A DNA stretch of 64,000 nt. Source: Nemertoderma westbladi. Taxonomy: Eukaryota > Animalia > Xenacoelomorpha. Where the stretch lies: the NCBI GenBank assembly GCA_032718475.1, contig JAUCBJ010005089.1, forward strand, positions 1 to 64,000. Reading direction: 5' to 3'. Shown here piece by piece: positions 63,741-64,000 of this stretch. The notes below the pieces were generated by a model, which saw only the letters and a list, made by a program, of their open reading frames with translations, did no database searches and was not told the origin of the DNA. The translations under genes were made by a program, and so were the position numbers. The number at the start of each line of letters is the position of its first letter. Within the stretch, counting starts at the first letter, position 1.

Positions 63741-64000
63741 ATGGCAAAAACGAACGCTCAAAGGCAGCGTGAGTACAGGGAACATAGAATCGAGAAAGAT
63801 AGAGTGGGTTTCTTGAAACAAGAGAGTGAAAGGAAGGCAGCTAAACGAAAGTCGTTATCTCCACGTAGTCTAGACAAGTTGCGCAGGAGACAGAATACGA
63901 GTCTGCTGAAATGCCGCCGAAATAAGCTGACTGTATCTGCATCGACAGCGAAATCAGGCCATGCAGCTGGATATTCTACGTGCCAATCGCTAGGCAAAGC
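63741..64000 (+). CDS. N-terminus of a probable Sola-type transposase, running off the window
   Basis: Open frame MAKTNAQRQREYRE...YSTCQSLGKA, with four upstream AAATTCCGTAACG motifs in both orientations (63390-63600). Confidence 0.5.
   Translation, partial: MAKTNAQRQREYREHRIEKDRVGFLKQESERKAAKRKSLSPRSLDKLRRRQNTSLLKCRRNKLTVSASTAKSGHAAGYSTCQSLGK

Overview
AT-rich eukaryotic DNA, most likely from a metazoan invertebrate: spliceosomal GT-AG introns are present and there is no operon, rRNA or CRISPR signal. The window is almost entirely nested and decayed transposable elements. Retroelements: a near full-length CR1/L2-group LINE, fragments of RTE, RTE-X-like, Crack/L2 and CRE LINEs, and a young full-length Gypsy LTR element (301-bp LTRs, CTAAG target-site duplication, TSD) inserted in a BEL/Pao gag. 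DNA transposons: Sola-like, P/THAP and Academ-like remnants, plus many MITEs with TSDs (hAT 8 bp, Mutator 9 bp, TA-type, piggyBac TTAA). No intact host gene is evident. The best second-look items are: a 32-bp insert that fits a P-element excision footprint; a 2.6-kb direct duplication whose single exon is far more diverged than its introns; a MITE-centred inverted duplication; and fossil LRAT (H-box/NC), DEDDy exonuclease and PHD-OTU/vertnin-like coding sequences that can only be seen by reconstruction. All family calls come from motif recognition by eye, not from database searches.
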